A stretch of 64,000 bases of DNA, taken from NCBI GenBank assembly GCA_937894335.1, contig CALCRU010000055.1:46095-110094 (forward strand), in the 5' to 3' direction. Shown in pieces: positions 49,195-58,843 of this stretch (position 1 is the stretch's first letter; every line of letters begins with the position of its first letter). This DNA is from an uncultured Treponema sp. (GTDB lineage: Bacteria > Spirochaetota > Spirochaetia > Treponematales > Treponemataceae). Both the position numbers and the translations under genes were made by a program. The notes beneath the pieces are model-generated. The model was not told where the DNA came from and did not search any database. It worked only from the letters and a program-made list of their open reading frames with translations.

Positions 49195-50022
49195 ATGACG
49201 CTTAAAAACCGTAACCGCGTGTATTTTATTGCTTCCCTGCTTACCACCGTGCTTGTGGCCTACTATGCTGGCATTTTCCTTTACGCCGCATTTAGGGGAC
49301 AGATTATTCCTCCACAGAATCCGGTGCGCCTTGTTCCCCATATTTCAGAGCATATCCTATTCCGTTACGAATTTCCTGCAAGCATAGCGTCGGTCTTTAT
49401 ATTCATCATTTATGTTCCTATAATTTCCCTTGTAATTGCCCGGGGATTTGGAAATACTCAGGCCTTGGAACTGGTATACTTTGGCGGATTTGTAATTGCC
49501 TGCATGGCAGAAGGAATAAGGCTTCTGCTTCCCCTCTTCGGACTCTGGCAGAGCTATTCAATTCTTCTTGTACTTACGGGACGAATCATAATCGGAGGGC
49601 GGCTTCTTGCCTTTACAAGTTTTCTTTTTGCAACCCTCTTTAACGAGACAAACCAAAGGCAGAATGCGGAACAGAATTTTTCAATCATGCTGTTGGTTTC
49701 ATTTTTTATCGGAGTTATAATGCCCCTTGAAACAACCCAGACATCTTCCGCTTGCACAGTCATTTGGGGATACGGCACTCTTTTTCTTGTAATAAGGCTC
49801 TGTCTTTTTATTCTTACGGAAGTTACGCTGATTATAAACGCCATAACAAAATCAAACAAGGAACTTATAAAGACAGCCATTGCCTACCCTTTCCTTATGG
49901 CAGGATACAGTATTCTTGGCATTACGGACAACTTTATCATGCTAGGGTCAGGGGCTGTTTTTCTCCTTATAGGAACAGTTCTCTACCTTAAGTCAATCCA
50001 CTCAATCTACATGTGGCACTAG
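49195..50022 (+). CDS. Polytopic membrane protein of unknown function
   Basis: About 8 hydrophobic segments; ATG 49195 lies 6 nt after TTGCAA-17-TATCCT. Confidence 0.75.
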   Translation: MTLKNRNRVYFIASLLTTVLVAYYAGIFLYAAFRGQIIPPQNPVRLVPHISEHILFRYEFPASIASVFIFIIYVPIISLVIARGFGNTQALELVYFGGFVIACMAEGIRLLLPLFGLWQSYSILLVLTGRIIIGGRLLAFTSFLFATLFNETNQRQNAEQNFSIMLLVSFFIGVIMPLETTQTSSACTVIWGYGTLFLVIRLCLFILTEVTLIINAITKSNKELIKTAIAYPFLMAGYSILGITDNFIMLGSGAVFLLIGTVLYLKSIHSIYMWH

Positions 50023-50654
50023 AGAAGAAGCTGGGCTACTCCACCAAGAATTACAGGAATCAGTATGTTGTCAAAGTCCTTAAGGGGAAGCATTTCTATG
50101 AACATGCCCAAAGATGCGACAATAAGGGCTACAGTTGAATTTTTAGTTGCAAGAAAACAGGAAATAAATATGGCGGCAAAACAGGTAAGACTTCCTGCAA
50201 CAGTTTTTCCCTTTGTAAGAGGAATGGTTACCCTTCCAAAAAGTCGGCCTGCAAGAGAAGCAAGACCGTCACCAAAAGACAGGGCGTAGATCCCCACGGA
50301 ACAGGGAAGTTCTTTCCACAAAAGGGCCGCCCCCAAAATTCCCAAAACCAAAGTGACGGGTCCAAGAACAAATTTGTTTTCGTCTCGCTTACGGGCTGCG
50401 GCTGCAGTTATTGCAGAAATTAGCGGAATGGTTACACCCTTAAGCCTAAGCAATTCCGAAAGAGAATAGAGCACAAGGGCAAGTCCCAAAGCAAAAAGGA
50501 CAGGAATCTTTGCATAATGAAGAAGAAGCGGAACAAATGCAGAACAAAGGTGAATGGACTTTCTAAAGACTTCCTTTCTAAGAACAATGGCATTCTGACG
50601 CTTTTCTATTCCTTCGCGTGCAGACTGATGCCTGAACGAAATGCGCCTACTCAA
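50019..50654 (-). CDS. Diacylglycerol/polyprenol (phytol/dolichol) kinase-family membrane protein
   Basis: RKSIH, FGDGLASLAG, KTVAGS and DNILIP motifs. Confidence 0.82.
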   Translation of the reverse strand: MSRRISFRHQSAREGIEKRQNAIVLRKEVFRKSIHLCSAFVPLLLHYAKIPVLFALGLALVLYSLSELLRLKGVTIPLISAITAAAARKRDENKFVLGPVTLVLGILGAALLWKELPCSVGIYALSFGDGLASLAGRLFGRVTIPLTKGKTVAGSLTCFAAIFISCFLATKNSTVALIVASLGMFIEMLPLKDFDNILIPVILGGVAQLLL

Positions 50655-53600
50655 AGCCCTTTTCTCCGGTTAAGAGGCGGGGAATGTCGGTATAGATTTC
50701 AGGTTCGTAGGCCGAAACAGGATGAGTTATGTACTTGAAGTTTTGTTCTGCAAGGTTAGATCCTTCAAGGCGAACCATTGTTTCCTGATTTCGCGTAAGT
50801 GCGTCCCATGCCCTCATGCTTTCCTGAAGGTTTACAAGAGCCTTTGCATTCAAACTGCTGTTTCCTGTAGCGGCGGCAAGTCTGGACTGGATTACGCCAA
50901 GATTGTTTGCGGCCTTCATGTAGGTGTCGACCAGATCGGCCTGATCGTCACGCACCTGAGGAAGCAGAATGCCAAGAATCTCACGCTCCTGATTAAGAAC
51001 AGTAAGAAGATGCTCGTAATATCCCTGAGCCGCATAATTGTCGCCCCTAAGGGAAAGTGTATTTGCTAGAGAAAGAAGCACATGTGTGTTGTCGTTTTCT
51101 GTTTCTGACGCACGGATGAATGATCCAAGGGCACCCTCGTAGTTCTGCTTGGTATACTGAATGTATCCTATGCGGTAGCGCACAGAGGCAGTATCGTTCT
51201 TGTTGTTTACAGCATTTATGTAGTTTGCAAGGGCGCTGTCCATCTGACCAGAAACAAAGTAGTCTAGGTCTGCAAGGTCTGCATAGAGGAGTCCCACATT
51301 GCCGTCGCTTTCAAAACCACTGGCTTCACGCTCGTGCTCAAAAATTGCAATGCCCTTGTTGTAGTTGTCTTCAGAAAGAATGTATTCCTGCTCGTCCCTG
51401 TACTGTTCACCCAACAGTCTGTAGGCGTTTATGTAGCGGTAAGTGTCCTTTTTGTTGCGCCTGTCCTGAGCGGCAAATGCAGAGATTGCGCTAGAAAGAT
51501 AGGCATGGACTCCAGAAGAAGAACCTGCTTCTACAAAGTAACGGCCCATGTTGTAGAGTGCCACAGGATTAGAGGGGTCTGCCTTAACAGCCCGTTCTAG
51601 CAGATCACGCACATCTTCTATAGAGAAGCGCAGACTTTCTTCGGAAGGCTTAAGCTGACCATAACGCTTTTCCAAAAGGTATCCGCTAAGGTCGGTAAGG
51701 TCTTCTGCCTCAAGTCCGTTTTTCTTAAGGGGATAGAAATACTCCTTGTATGCAAGAACCTGACGCAGGTTGTCTGTACGGATATAGTAGCGCATCTGCC
51801 GGGAAAGGTACTTGTTGCTTTGTGCTGTGTCGCCATAACGGTCGTAGAGTTCGTCGTATATTTCCTTAGCATCGGCATACTTTGAGGGGTCCTTGTCATC
51901 AGCCCATGCCAGATAAGTGTCACCCAGTTGTAGCAGGGCATCGGCATCGTTTACATGATAGTCCAGAACTTCCCTCTTAAGGATTCTTTCCGCCTCCTCG
52001 TAGTTGTACAGTTCGTTGGCTTCCATGTCTGCCCAGTCCAGACCCGCTTGTTTGTCGTGCTTGTAACGCTGAATTACTCCCCTGTACATTTTTGCTGCTC
52101 GGTCATACTGCTTGTGGTCGCGGTAACCTTCCGCATAGGTAAAGAACCATTTCTTGACGGGCTTGTAACTAAGAGCCATGTTAAACAGTTCTTCAGACTG
52201 AATGTACTGGTTTGCCTGAAGATTTTCGTAGCCCTGTTTGTAAAGGCTTCTTGCCTTAAGGGGAGTCACTACAAATTTAAGCGTTAACATAAAGAGTGCC
52301 GCCACAACAAGAGCCGCACCCGTACCCACAATAGCAACAGGAAGAATTCTGTTCTTAAGCTGGTATTCAAAGGATTTTTTATAAGCCTCGTACTCCTGAG
52401 CGCTACGCTTTTCAAAGTCACGAGGAACATCCAAAGAAATGTCCAGCATCTTTTCAAGTTCTGAAGCAACCTGACGAACAGGCGCCCTTCTAAGAACTTT
52501 CTCAAGAACTGCAAAAACCGCGTCATCAGTAAATTCATTTTTTACAACAAGGTCTTCTATTGCAATCCTTACATTAAGAGGATAGTAGGAAAGGTTTTCT
52601 TGGAACTTCTTGTATTCCGCATCCGTAAAAGTGTTCTTGGGCTTACCATCGCCTTCAACGGCACCTGTAAAGTCTGCAACGGCTACATCGGGCTTGTTCT
52701 TGTTAAGGTCGGCAGTACCAACAGTGTCGGAAAATCCGGGAATTGCAAAGTCGTCGCCAGAATCTCCAAAGGAGCCCATTTCAAAGTCTGTGCCACCGCC
52801 TGAAGAAAAGTCTACGCCGTCCATGCCAGAAGTGTCAAAGGTTTCTGCAGGGCCCTCGTCAAAACTGTCTTCCACACTTTCTGTGGCATCAGGAACGGAA
52901 GCACCCTCATCAAGTCCAAAGTCACCACCAAAGGCATCGTTACCAAAGGAATCCGCACCGCCTTCACCGCCAGCGTCAAAGTCAGGAACTGCAAAGGGGT
53001 CACTGGCATCTGATGAGCCTGCACCATCGGAGGGAGCTTGATACTCTTCCACATTAAAGCCGTCCATGCTGAAGGGGTCTCCTCCATCAGAACTTTCGGA
53101 AGATGTATCAGAAGCGGAATCCATGTCAGGCATGGTAAAGTTGTCTGGAGTGTCAAAGCCTGAAGTATCGGAAGCAGGAGCCTGATACTCCTCCACTCCA
53201 AAACCGTCCATGCTAAAGGGGTCGCTGTCGGAGCCGGAAGAACCAAAGTCTGCAACCGAGGGAGATTTTTTTGCATCTGAGTCTAATGAACCTTCATCCC
53301 TGTCAAAGTCAGGCATGGTAAAGTTGTCGGGATTTGTAAAGTCTCCAGTAGACTCAGGGGGCTTGTATTCAGAAACGGAATCTATGTCAAAGTCTATGCC
53401 ATCGTCATCGTCCTTAACGCCACCCAAGGATGAAGTCTGTGCCTCTGGTTCGGGAGCCTTGTATTCCTCCACTGCGCCAAAGCCAAAGTCCATGGGTTCT
53501 GATTCTGGGGATGCTGCACTGTCGGAAGAAGTTCCAGCATCAAAGTCGGGCATGACAAAATCATCTGGGGAAGATGTTCCCTCTGCAGAAGTGCCTGTGT

Positions 53601-54765
53601 CAAAGTCGGGCATAGCAAAGTCGTCTGGGGAAGATGTTCCCTCTGCCGAAGTACCTGTGTCAAAGTCGGGCATGGCAAAGTCATCGCTTTCGGGAGCCTT
53701 GTATTCCTCTGTTTCAAAACCGTCCATGCTAAAGGGATCAGGTTCAGAAATGGGTGCGGAAGATTCCTTAAGGGCACCTTCGTCAACTTCGCCAGGAAGT
53801 CCTTCGTTCATGTTAAGGCCTGAGCCGTCAAATGCAAAAGAGTCAAAGTCGTCTGACCCGCTAGCGGAAGAAGCCGCATCAGGTTGAGGACTAGGCATGT
53901 CGTCCTTAGGAAAGCCAAAGTTTGCGACATCATCTGCTACCGAAGAAGGTTCACTCTGAGGACTGGGCATGTCGTCTGCAGGGAATCCAAAGTCCAAGGG
54001 TTCTTCCAAAGTTGCAAGATCGTCCTGTATACCGCCAGTCTGGGGAGACGGCTGATCAAAATCAGGAAGAGCAAAATCTAGAGGCTCAAGCTCTGGCTCT
54101 GGAGTAACAGTCTTTGCTTCTGGTGCTGGCTGTGCAGGCTTTGGAGGCTGTACAGGGGCCTTCTGCTGAACTTGTGCCGGTTTTGCAGGCTGTGCCGTCT
54201 GAGTAGGTCGTGCCGGTTGCTGAGGCTGTGCCGTCTGAGCAGGTCGTGCCGGTTTTGCCGCGGGCTTTGGAGGTTCTGGTGCCGGCTGTGGTTCAGGTTC
54301 GGGCTTTGCAGAAAGCGCAAGAAGGGCATCCAGATCCATGTCCTCAAGGGGAATTTCCTTTGGCTTTACAGGCTCTGGTTCAGGTTCAGGCTCTTCAAAT
54401 TCGCTTAAATCCAAGTCTCCCAAATCTATGTCATCAGAAGGAGCAAGAAGGTCGGAAACATCTGGAGTAGAGGGTGCAGCCTCTCCACGGGAACTTTCCC
54501 CCTCCTCTGATTCGCCGCCAGTTATGTCTGAAAAGTCGTTTGCTTCCCGTTCCCTTTCTGCCGCCGCCGCATCTGCCTGCTGCTGTTCTTCTTCTGACAG
54601 TTCGGGAAGTCCAAGCCTAAAGTCCTCGGAATCGTCAACATCTTCAACAGTTGCAGGAATCGTGTACTGCGAGGGCTTTTCACCACGCGCTGCACGGATG
54701 GCAACTTCATTTCCGAGATTCATCATATCTGTGCTGAATTTTTTCAGCTGACTTAAGCCTGGCAT
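50647..54765 (-). CDS. FlcA-like flagellar collar protein: long acidic disordered N-terminus, single TM, TPR domain
   Basis: About 700 aa Asp/Pro/Ser-rich region, one TM near aa 810-835, C-terminal TPR repeats; FlcA assignment from architecture only. Confidence 0.62.
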   Translation of the reverse strand: MPGLSQLKKFSTDMMNLGNEVAIRAARGEKPSQYTIPATVEDVDDSEDFRLGLPELSEEEQQQADAAAAEREREANDFSDITGGESEEGESSRGEAAPSTPDVSDLLAPSDDIDLGDLDLSEFEEPEPEPEPVKPKEIPLEDMDLDALLALSAKPEPEPQPAPEPPKPAAKPARPAQTAQPQQPARPTQTAQPAKPAQVQQKAPVQPPKPAQPAPEAKTVTPEPELEPLDFALPDFDQPSPQTGGIQDDLATLEEPLDFGFPADDMPSPQSEPSSVADDVANFGFPKDDMPSPQPDAASSASGSDDFDSFAFDGSGLNMNEGLPGEVDEGALKESSAPISEPDPFSMDGFETEEYKAPESDDFAMPDFDTGTSAEGTSSPDDFAMPDFDTGTSAEGTSSPDDFVMPDFDAGTSSDSAASPESEPMDFGFGAVEEYKAPEPEAQTSSLGGVKDDDDGIDFDIDSVSEYKPPESTGDFTNPDNFTMPDFDRDEGSLDSDAKKSPSVADFGSSGSDSDPFSMDGFGVEEYQAPASDTSGFDTPDNFTMPDMDSASDTSSESSDGGDPFSMDGFNVEEYQAPSDGAGSSDASDPFAVPDFDAGGEGGADSFGNDAFGGDFGLDEGASVPDATESVEDSFDEGPAETFDTSGMDGVDFSSGGGTDFEMGSFGDSGDDFAIPGFSDTVGTADLNKNKPDVAVADFTGAVEGDGKPKNTFTDAEYKKFQENLSYYPLNVRIAIEDLVVKNEFTDDAVFAVLEKVLRRAPVRQVASELEKMLDISLDVPRDFEKRSAQEYEAYKKSFEYQLKNRILPVAIVGTGAALVVAALFMLTLKFVVTPLKARSLYKQGYENLQANQYIQSEELFNMALSYKPVKKWFFTYAEGYRDHKQYDRAAKMYRGVIQRYKHDKQAGLDWADMEANELYNYEEAERILKREVLDYHVNDADALLQLGDTYLAWADDKDPSKYADAKEIYDELYDRYGDTAQSNKYLSRQMRYYIRTDNLRQVLAYKEYFYPLKKNGLEAEDLTDLSGYLLEKRYGQLKPSEESLRFSIEDVRDLLERAVKADPSNPVALYNMGRYFVEAGSSSGVHAYLSSAISAFAAQDRRNKKDTYRYINAYRLLGEQYRDEQEYILSEDNYNKGIAIFEHEREASGFESDGNVGLLYADLADLDYFVSGQMDSALANYINAVNNKNDTASVRYRIGYIQYTKQNYEGALGSFIRASETENDNTHVLLSLANTLSLRGDNYAAQGYYEHLLTVLNQEREILGILLPQVRDDQADLVDTYMKAANNLGVIQSRLAAATGNSSLNAKALVNLQESMRAWDALTRNQETMVRLEGSNLAEQNFKYITHPVSAYEPEIYTDIPRLLTGEKGFE
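53540..53685 (-). repeat. In-frame 60-bp tandem repeat (~2.4 copies)
   Basis: TCAAAGTCGGGCAT at 53540, 53600 and 53660; encodes DDFAMPDFDTGTSAEGTSSP units. Confidence 0.9.
54174..54258 (-). repeat. In-frame 36-bp tandem repeat (~2.3 copies)
   Basis: GTGCCGGTT...AGGCTGTGCCGTCTGAG units encoding PARPxQTAQP. Confidence 0.8.
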
Positions 54766-54928
54766 GTCGTTATATTATACTCCGCAGAACCTGTTATTAC
54801 AAGTGGTACACAAGTATGTCTTAAGACTATCCCACTTATTCAAAGTATCGGATTTTTAAAAACAGCGGTTTAGAAGAAAATTCCATTGATAGAAAACATT
54901 AAGGCTTGCCCCTTTAACAGCCGATATT

Positions 54929-55672
54929 ATGGGCATGAACACCAAAAGACTTTCATGCATTCTTGCACTGCTTGCACTCCTCTCACTGCCCGTCTTTGCG
55001 GCCGACAAAAAAGATGCCGCCGAAGAGGTTGAAACACCGCTTACAGTCCAGAACCTTATTGCAGGCATAAGTTCAGTTTCCGCCCCCTATATCAGCGGAG
55101 ACTATGTTGTATTTACCGCCGACAAGCATGCCCGTTTTGTGGGAATTGCATTCGACTACGAAGACTTTAAAATAATCCACCCCATGCAGCTTAAAACCGT
55201 ATACGACATGGATTTTGAGCCGATTGATTCCGTGTATTTTTACATCCTTACGCTGCCAAAGACAGTTCAAGACATTGACTACAGGCTTGTAATAGACGGA
55301 CTCTGGACTACCGACCCATCAAATTCTTCCCGAGTTTACAACCCCCAGATAGGACTTTACCTTTCCCATCTTAATGTTCCCCGAAGCATTCCCACCGTTA
55401 CCGAAAAAGTCGATGCAGGAACAGTCCGCTTCATCTACAAGGGTGCCACAGGTCAGCAAGTAAGACTGGGAGGCAGTTTTACCAACTGGGACAGCTGGAT
55501 TTACACAATGACAGAAACCCGCCCCGGAGTCTACGAAATAAATATTCCCTTGGCCCCAGGAAAATACGAGTACGCCTTTTATACGGGCATAAGCTCTGTT
55601 CCAGACTTTTCAAACCCTGAACGAGTCTACACCGCCGACGGACGCATTGCCTCGCTGCTAATTGTAAAGTAA
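54929..55672 (+). CDS. Exported protein with two CBM48/AMPK-beta-like glycogen-binding domains
   Basis: Signal peptide; YRLVIDGLWTTDPSN and V.LGGSFTNWD..LAPGKYEYAF motifs; start may be 54935. Confidence 0.78.
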   Translation: MGMNTKRLSCILALLALLSLPVFAADKKDAAEEVETPLTVQNLIAGISSVSAPYISGDYVVFTADKHARFVGIAFDYEDFKIIHPMQLKTVYDMDFEPIDSVYFYILTLPKTVQDIDYRLVIDGLWTTDPSNSSRVYNPQIGLYLSHLNVPRSIPTVTEKVDAGTVRFIYKGATGQQVRLGGSFTNWDSWIYTMTETRPGVYEINIPLAPGKYEYAFYTGISSVPDFSNPERVYTADGRIASLLIVK

Positions 55673-55781
55673 AGCCAGCTCTTACCACAAAAAAGCCCTG
55701 CACTGGCTCTCTTTCGGTAGTGTACACAATCCCCTTTAGATGCTATAATGGTAGTAATACCATCGTAACGGAAGGAATTGT

Positions 55782-56843
55782 ATGGAACAAAAGAAAGTTG
55801 CCATAATCGGAGCGGGTGCATGGGGTACAGCCCTTGGATGCGCACTGGCAAGGGGCGGAAACCTGGTTGAAGCATGGGCCATGGAAGAAGATGTTGTAAG
55901 CGACATAAACAATGCCCACGAAAACAGGCGCTATCTTCCCGGATATCCCCTGCATCAGAACCTGAGCGCTTCACAGGACATTAAAAAAGTTGCCACGGGA
56001 AAAGACTTCATCATAATTGCAAGCCCTTCCCTCTACCTTAAGTCTACAATCCAGAAATTTGCCGATGTACCCAATGTTGCAGACGGCACATCTATAATTG
56101 CGGCCCTTACCAAGGGTTTTGTTCCCTCAGAAAAAGGCCCCAAACTTATCCTCGAAACAATGGAAGAAGCCCTTCCAGTCTCATATCAGAAATCCACAGT
56201 ATATGTAGCAGGACCTTCCCATGCAGAAGAAGTTGCACTGGGCAAAATAACAGGCCTTATTGCGGCAAGCGAACACCACAGGAACGCCATCAAAGTGAGA
56301 GACCTTCTTCGTGTAAAGGGAATAATGGCCTACGCTTCCTTTGACACCGTTGGAGTACAGGTTTGTGCGGCAGCAAAAAATGTAATCGCAATCGCTTACG
56401 GAAGTCTGGACGCCCTTGCCGAAACCAGCGACATCTTTGGAGACAACACAGAAAGCCTCCTTCTTGCGGCAGGACTTAACGAAATTCAGACGCTAGGATT
56501 TGCAATGGGTGCTACTCATGCAGAAACCTTTGCTTCTGTAAGCGGAGTGGGAGACCTTGATGTAACATGCAAGTCAAAATACGGACGCAACAGAAGGTTC
56601 GGTCAGGACATAATCAAGACGGACATGCTTTCACGATTTACCAGCATTGATGATTTGATTGCAAATGTAAAGAAAGTCGGATATCTTCCTGAAGGTGCAA
56701 TCGCATGCAAGTATGTTCACGAGGTAGCCGAAAAGAAAAAGCTCAAGCTGCCAATCTGCAACGGACTCTACCGAGTGCTTAACAAAGAAGTTACACCTCT
56801 AGACTTTTTAAACGAACTTGTATCGTATAAGGTTGAAGACTAA
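55782..56843 (+). CDS. gpsA: NAD(P)H-dependent glycerol-3-phosphate dehydrogenase
   Basis: GAGAWGTAL, TKG, GPSHAEEV, AKNVIAIA, GVGDLDVTC.SKYGRN. Confidence 0.95.
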   Translation: MEQKKVAIIGAGAWGTALGCALARGGNLVEAWAMEEDVVSDINNAHENRRYLPGYPLHQNLSASQDIKKVATGKDFIIIASPSLYLKSTIQKFADVPNVADGTSIIAALTKGFVPSEKGPKLILETMEEALPVSYQKSTVYVAGPSHAEEVALGKITGLIAASEHHRNAIKVRDLLRVKGIMAYASFDTVGVQVCAAAKNVIAIAYGSLDALAETSDIFGDNTESLLLAAGLNEIQTLGFAMGATHAETFASVSGVGDLDVTCKSKYGRNRRFGQDIIKTDMLSRFTSIDDLIANVKKVGYLPEGAIACKYVHEVAEKKKLKLPICNGLYRVLNKEVTPLDFLNELVSYKVED

Positions 56844-56860
56844 CTCCAAAGGAGAAAAAC

Positions 56861-58234
56861 ATGTTAGAGAAACTTACTGGAACTTTCAGCAACATAATCA
56901 GAACCATAAGCGGAAAGTCAACCATTACCGAAAAAAACATAGAAGAAACCGTTGAAGAAATAAAAATGGCCCTTCTTGAGGCTGATGTAAACTTACGCGT
57001 GGTGCGCAGGTTTGTCAATGCCACAATAGAAGAAGCAAAGGGAGAAAAAGTTCTTAAGGCAGTTGATCCCGGTCAGCAGTTTGTAAAAATCATTTACGAC
57101 AGAATCGTTACCATGCTGGGCGACAAAAAAACTGACCTTTCCCTAAAAGGCCCCGACACTCAGTCTGTAATACTACTTTTGGGTCTTCAGGGTGCCGGTA
57201 AGACGACAGCGGCCCACAAACTTGCGGCAAGACTAAAAAAGGAAGGCAGAAGACCACTTCTTGTTGCCTGCGACCTTGTGCGTCCGGCAGCAGTGGAACA
57301 GCTTTCTGTCCTTGGTCAGAAAATTGATGTACCCGTCTACAAAGAAGAAGGTGCAAAAGATGCCGTTAAGGTTGCAAAAGCTGGTATGGACTTTGCAAAG
57401 AAAAACGGTTTGGACACAGTAATCATAGATACTGCAGGACGACTTCAGATTGACGAAGCCATGATGCAGGAGTTGGTAAACATAAAGAATGCCCTTCCGC
57501 CGCAGGAAACAATTCTTGTTGCCGATGCAATGACAGGACAGAACGCCGTAGACATAGCAAAAAGTTTTGACGAAAAGCTGGGGCTTTCTGGCGTAATCCT
57601 TACCAAGTTCGACTCTGATGCCAGAGGCGGTGCGGCACTTTCGTTAAAAACAATCACGGGAAAACCAATCCTTTACATAGGCACTGGCGAAAAAACCGAA
57701 GACTTTGAACCCTTCCACCCAGAACGCATTGCAAGCCGAATTCTTGGCATGGGCGATGTAGTTTCCCTTGTAGAAAAGGCCCAGCAGACCGTTGATCAGG
57801 AAGAAGCCCTCCGCATGCAGAAAAAAATGCAGCGCAACGAATTTACACTGCAGGACATGTTGGAGCAGTTTCAGTCAGTTAAAAAGATGGGCAGCATGAG
57901 CCAGATTCTTGACATGATGCCAGGACTTGCAGGACAGATTTCTGAAGAGCAACTTGCCCAGGCAGACACAAAGCGGCAGGAAGCAATCATCCAGAGCATG
58001 ACCTACAAGGAGCGCATGAACCACCTGATTATAGGACCGTCACGCAGGAAGCGCATTGCAAAGGGAAGCGGCACTAGCGTACAGGAAGTAAACAAGCTCA
58101 TAAAGCAGTTTGAAAAGACAAAACTTACCATGAAAAAACTTTCTCGCAACAAGGGTGCTCAGGCAAAACTTCTTCAGCAAATGGGTGGCATGGGAGGAAT
58201 GGGAGCAGGATTTCCCGGGGGACTGGGGTTCTAA
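56861..58234 (+). CDS. ffh: Signal recognition particle protein
   Basis: ALLEADV, GLQGAGKTT, DTAGR, TKFDSDARGGAALS, Met-rich M domain. Confidence 0.98.
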   Translation: MLEKLTGTFSNIIRTISGKSTITEKNIEETVEEIKMALLEADVNLRVVRRFVNATIEEAKGEKVLKAVDPGQQFVKIIYDRIVTMLGDKKTDLSLKGPDTQSVILLLGLQGAGKTTAAHKLAARLKKEGRRPLLVACDLVRPAAVEQLSVLGQKIDVPVYKEEGAKDAVKVAKAGMDFAKKNGLDTVIIDTAGRLQIDEAMMQELVNIKNALPPQETILVADAMTGQNAVDIAKSFDEKLGLSGVILTKFDSDARGGAALSLKTITGKPILYIGTGEKTEDFEPFHPERIASRILGMGDVVSLVEKAQQTVDQEEALRMQKKMQRNEFTLQDMLEQFQSVKKMGSMSQILDMMPGLAGQISEEQLAQADTKRQEAIIQSMTYKERMNHLIIGPSRRKRIAKGSGTSVQEVNKLIKQFEKTKLTMKKLSRNKGAQAKLLQQMGGMGGMGAGFPGGLGF

Positions 58235-58272
58235 ACGCTCACTAGCAAAAAAACTCATAATGCATATAAAAC

Positions 58273-58342
58273 AAAACGGCGGACTGCTGCAAACTTTGAA
58301 GTAAAATTAAGTTCACAGAGTAACCGCCGTTTTATTTTTTTT
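58273..58342. terminator. Probable bidirectional terminator between ffh and ndk
   Basis: AAAACGGCGG ... CCGCCGTTTT followed by a T-run; long, partly paired loop. Confidence 0.6.
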
Positions 58343-58354
58343 AAGAGGGAAAAA

Positions 58355-58804
58355 CTAGTACCAAAGGGAGGCTTCGTCTTCCCAGTCTACAATTTCTTCA
58401 GGCTTAAAGAAAAGGTTCACTTCTCTTTCGGCACTTTCTTCACTGTCGCTTGCGTGAATGACATTGCACTGGGTGTGCATACAAAAGTCTCCGCGGATTG
58501 TTCCGGGGGCAGCCTCTGTAGGCTTTGTTGAACCTGTAAGTTTTCTTACCAGAGTAACGCAGTCGTCGCCCTGCCATACCATTGCAACAACAGGACCGCT
58601 TGTAATGTAGTCTGTAAGTTCATTAAAGAAAGGCTTTTCCTGATGCTCTGCGTAATGCTTTGCCGCCTGTTCAGGAGTAATCTGCATAAGCTTAAGTCCA
58701 ACCAATTTAAGACCCTTATGCTCAAGGCGGCTAATTACCTCGCCAACCAACCTACGGTTTAAAATCCCGGGCTTTAACATTGTAAAACATTTATTGTAAC
58801 TCAT
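58355..58804 (-). CDS. ndk: Nucleoside-diphosphate kinase
   Basis: MLKPG, HYAEH, TSGPVVAM, PGTIRGDF, NVIHASDS. Confidence 0.97.
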   Translation of the reverse strand: MSYNKCFTMLKPGILNRRLVGEVISRLEHKGLKLVGLKLMQITPEQAAKHYAEHQEKPFFNELTDYITSGPVVAMVWQGDDCVTLVRKLTGSTKPTEAAPGTIRGDFCMHTQCNVIHASDSEESAEREVNLFFKPEEIVDWEDEASLWY

Positions 58805-58843
58805 TCGCTCACATTACAACAAATGATAATTTTTTGCAAGCAG

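Noticed and set aside
52600..54751. Several 100-225-aa plus-strand ORFs
   Set aside because: Antisense shadows of the low-complexity FlcA-like coding region
58240..58345. SRP RNA candidate downstream of ffh
   Set aside because: No SRP helix-8 GNRA/internal-loop motif recognised; better explained as a terminator between convergent genes
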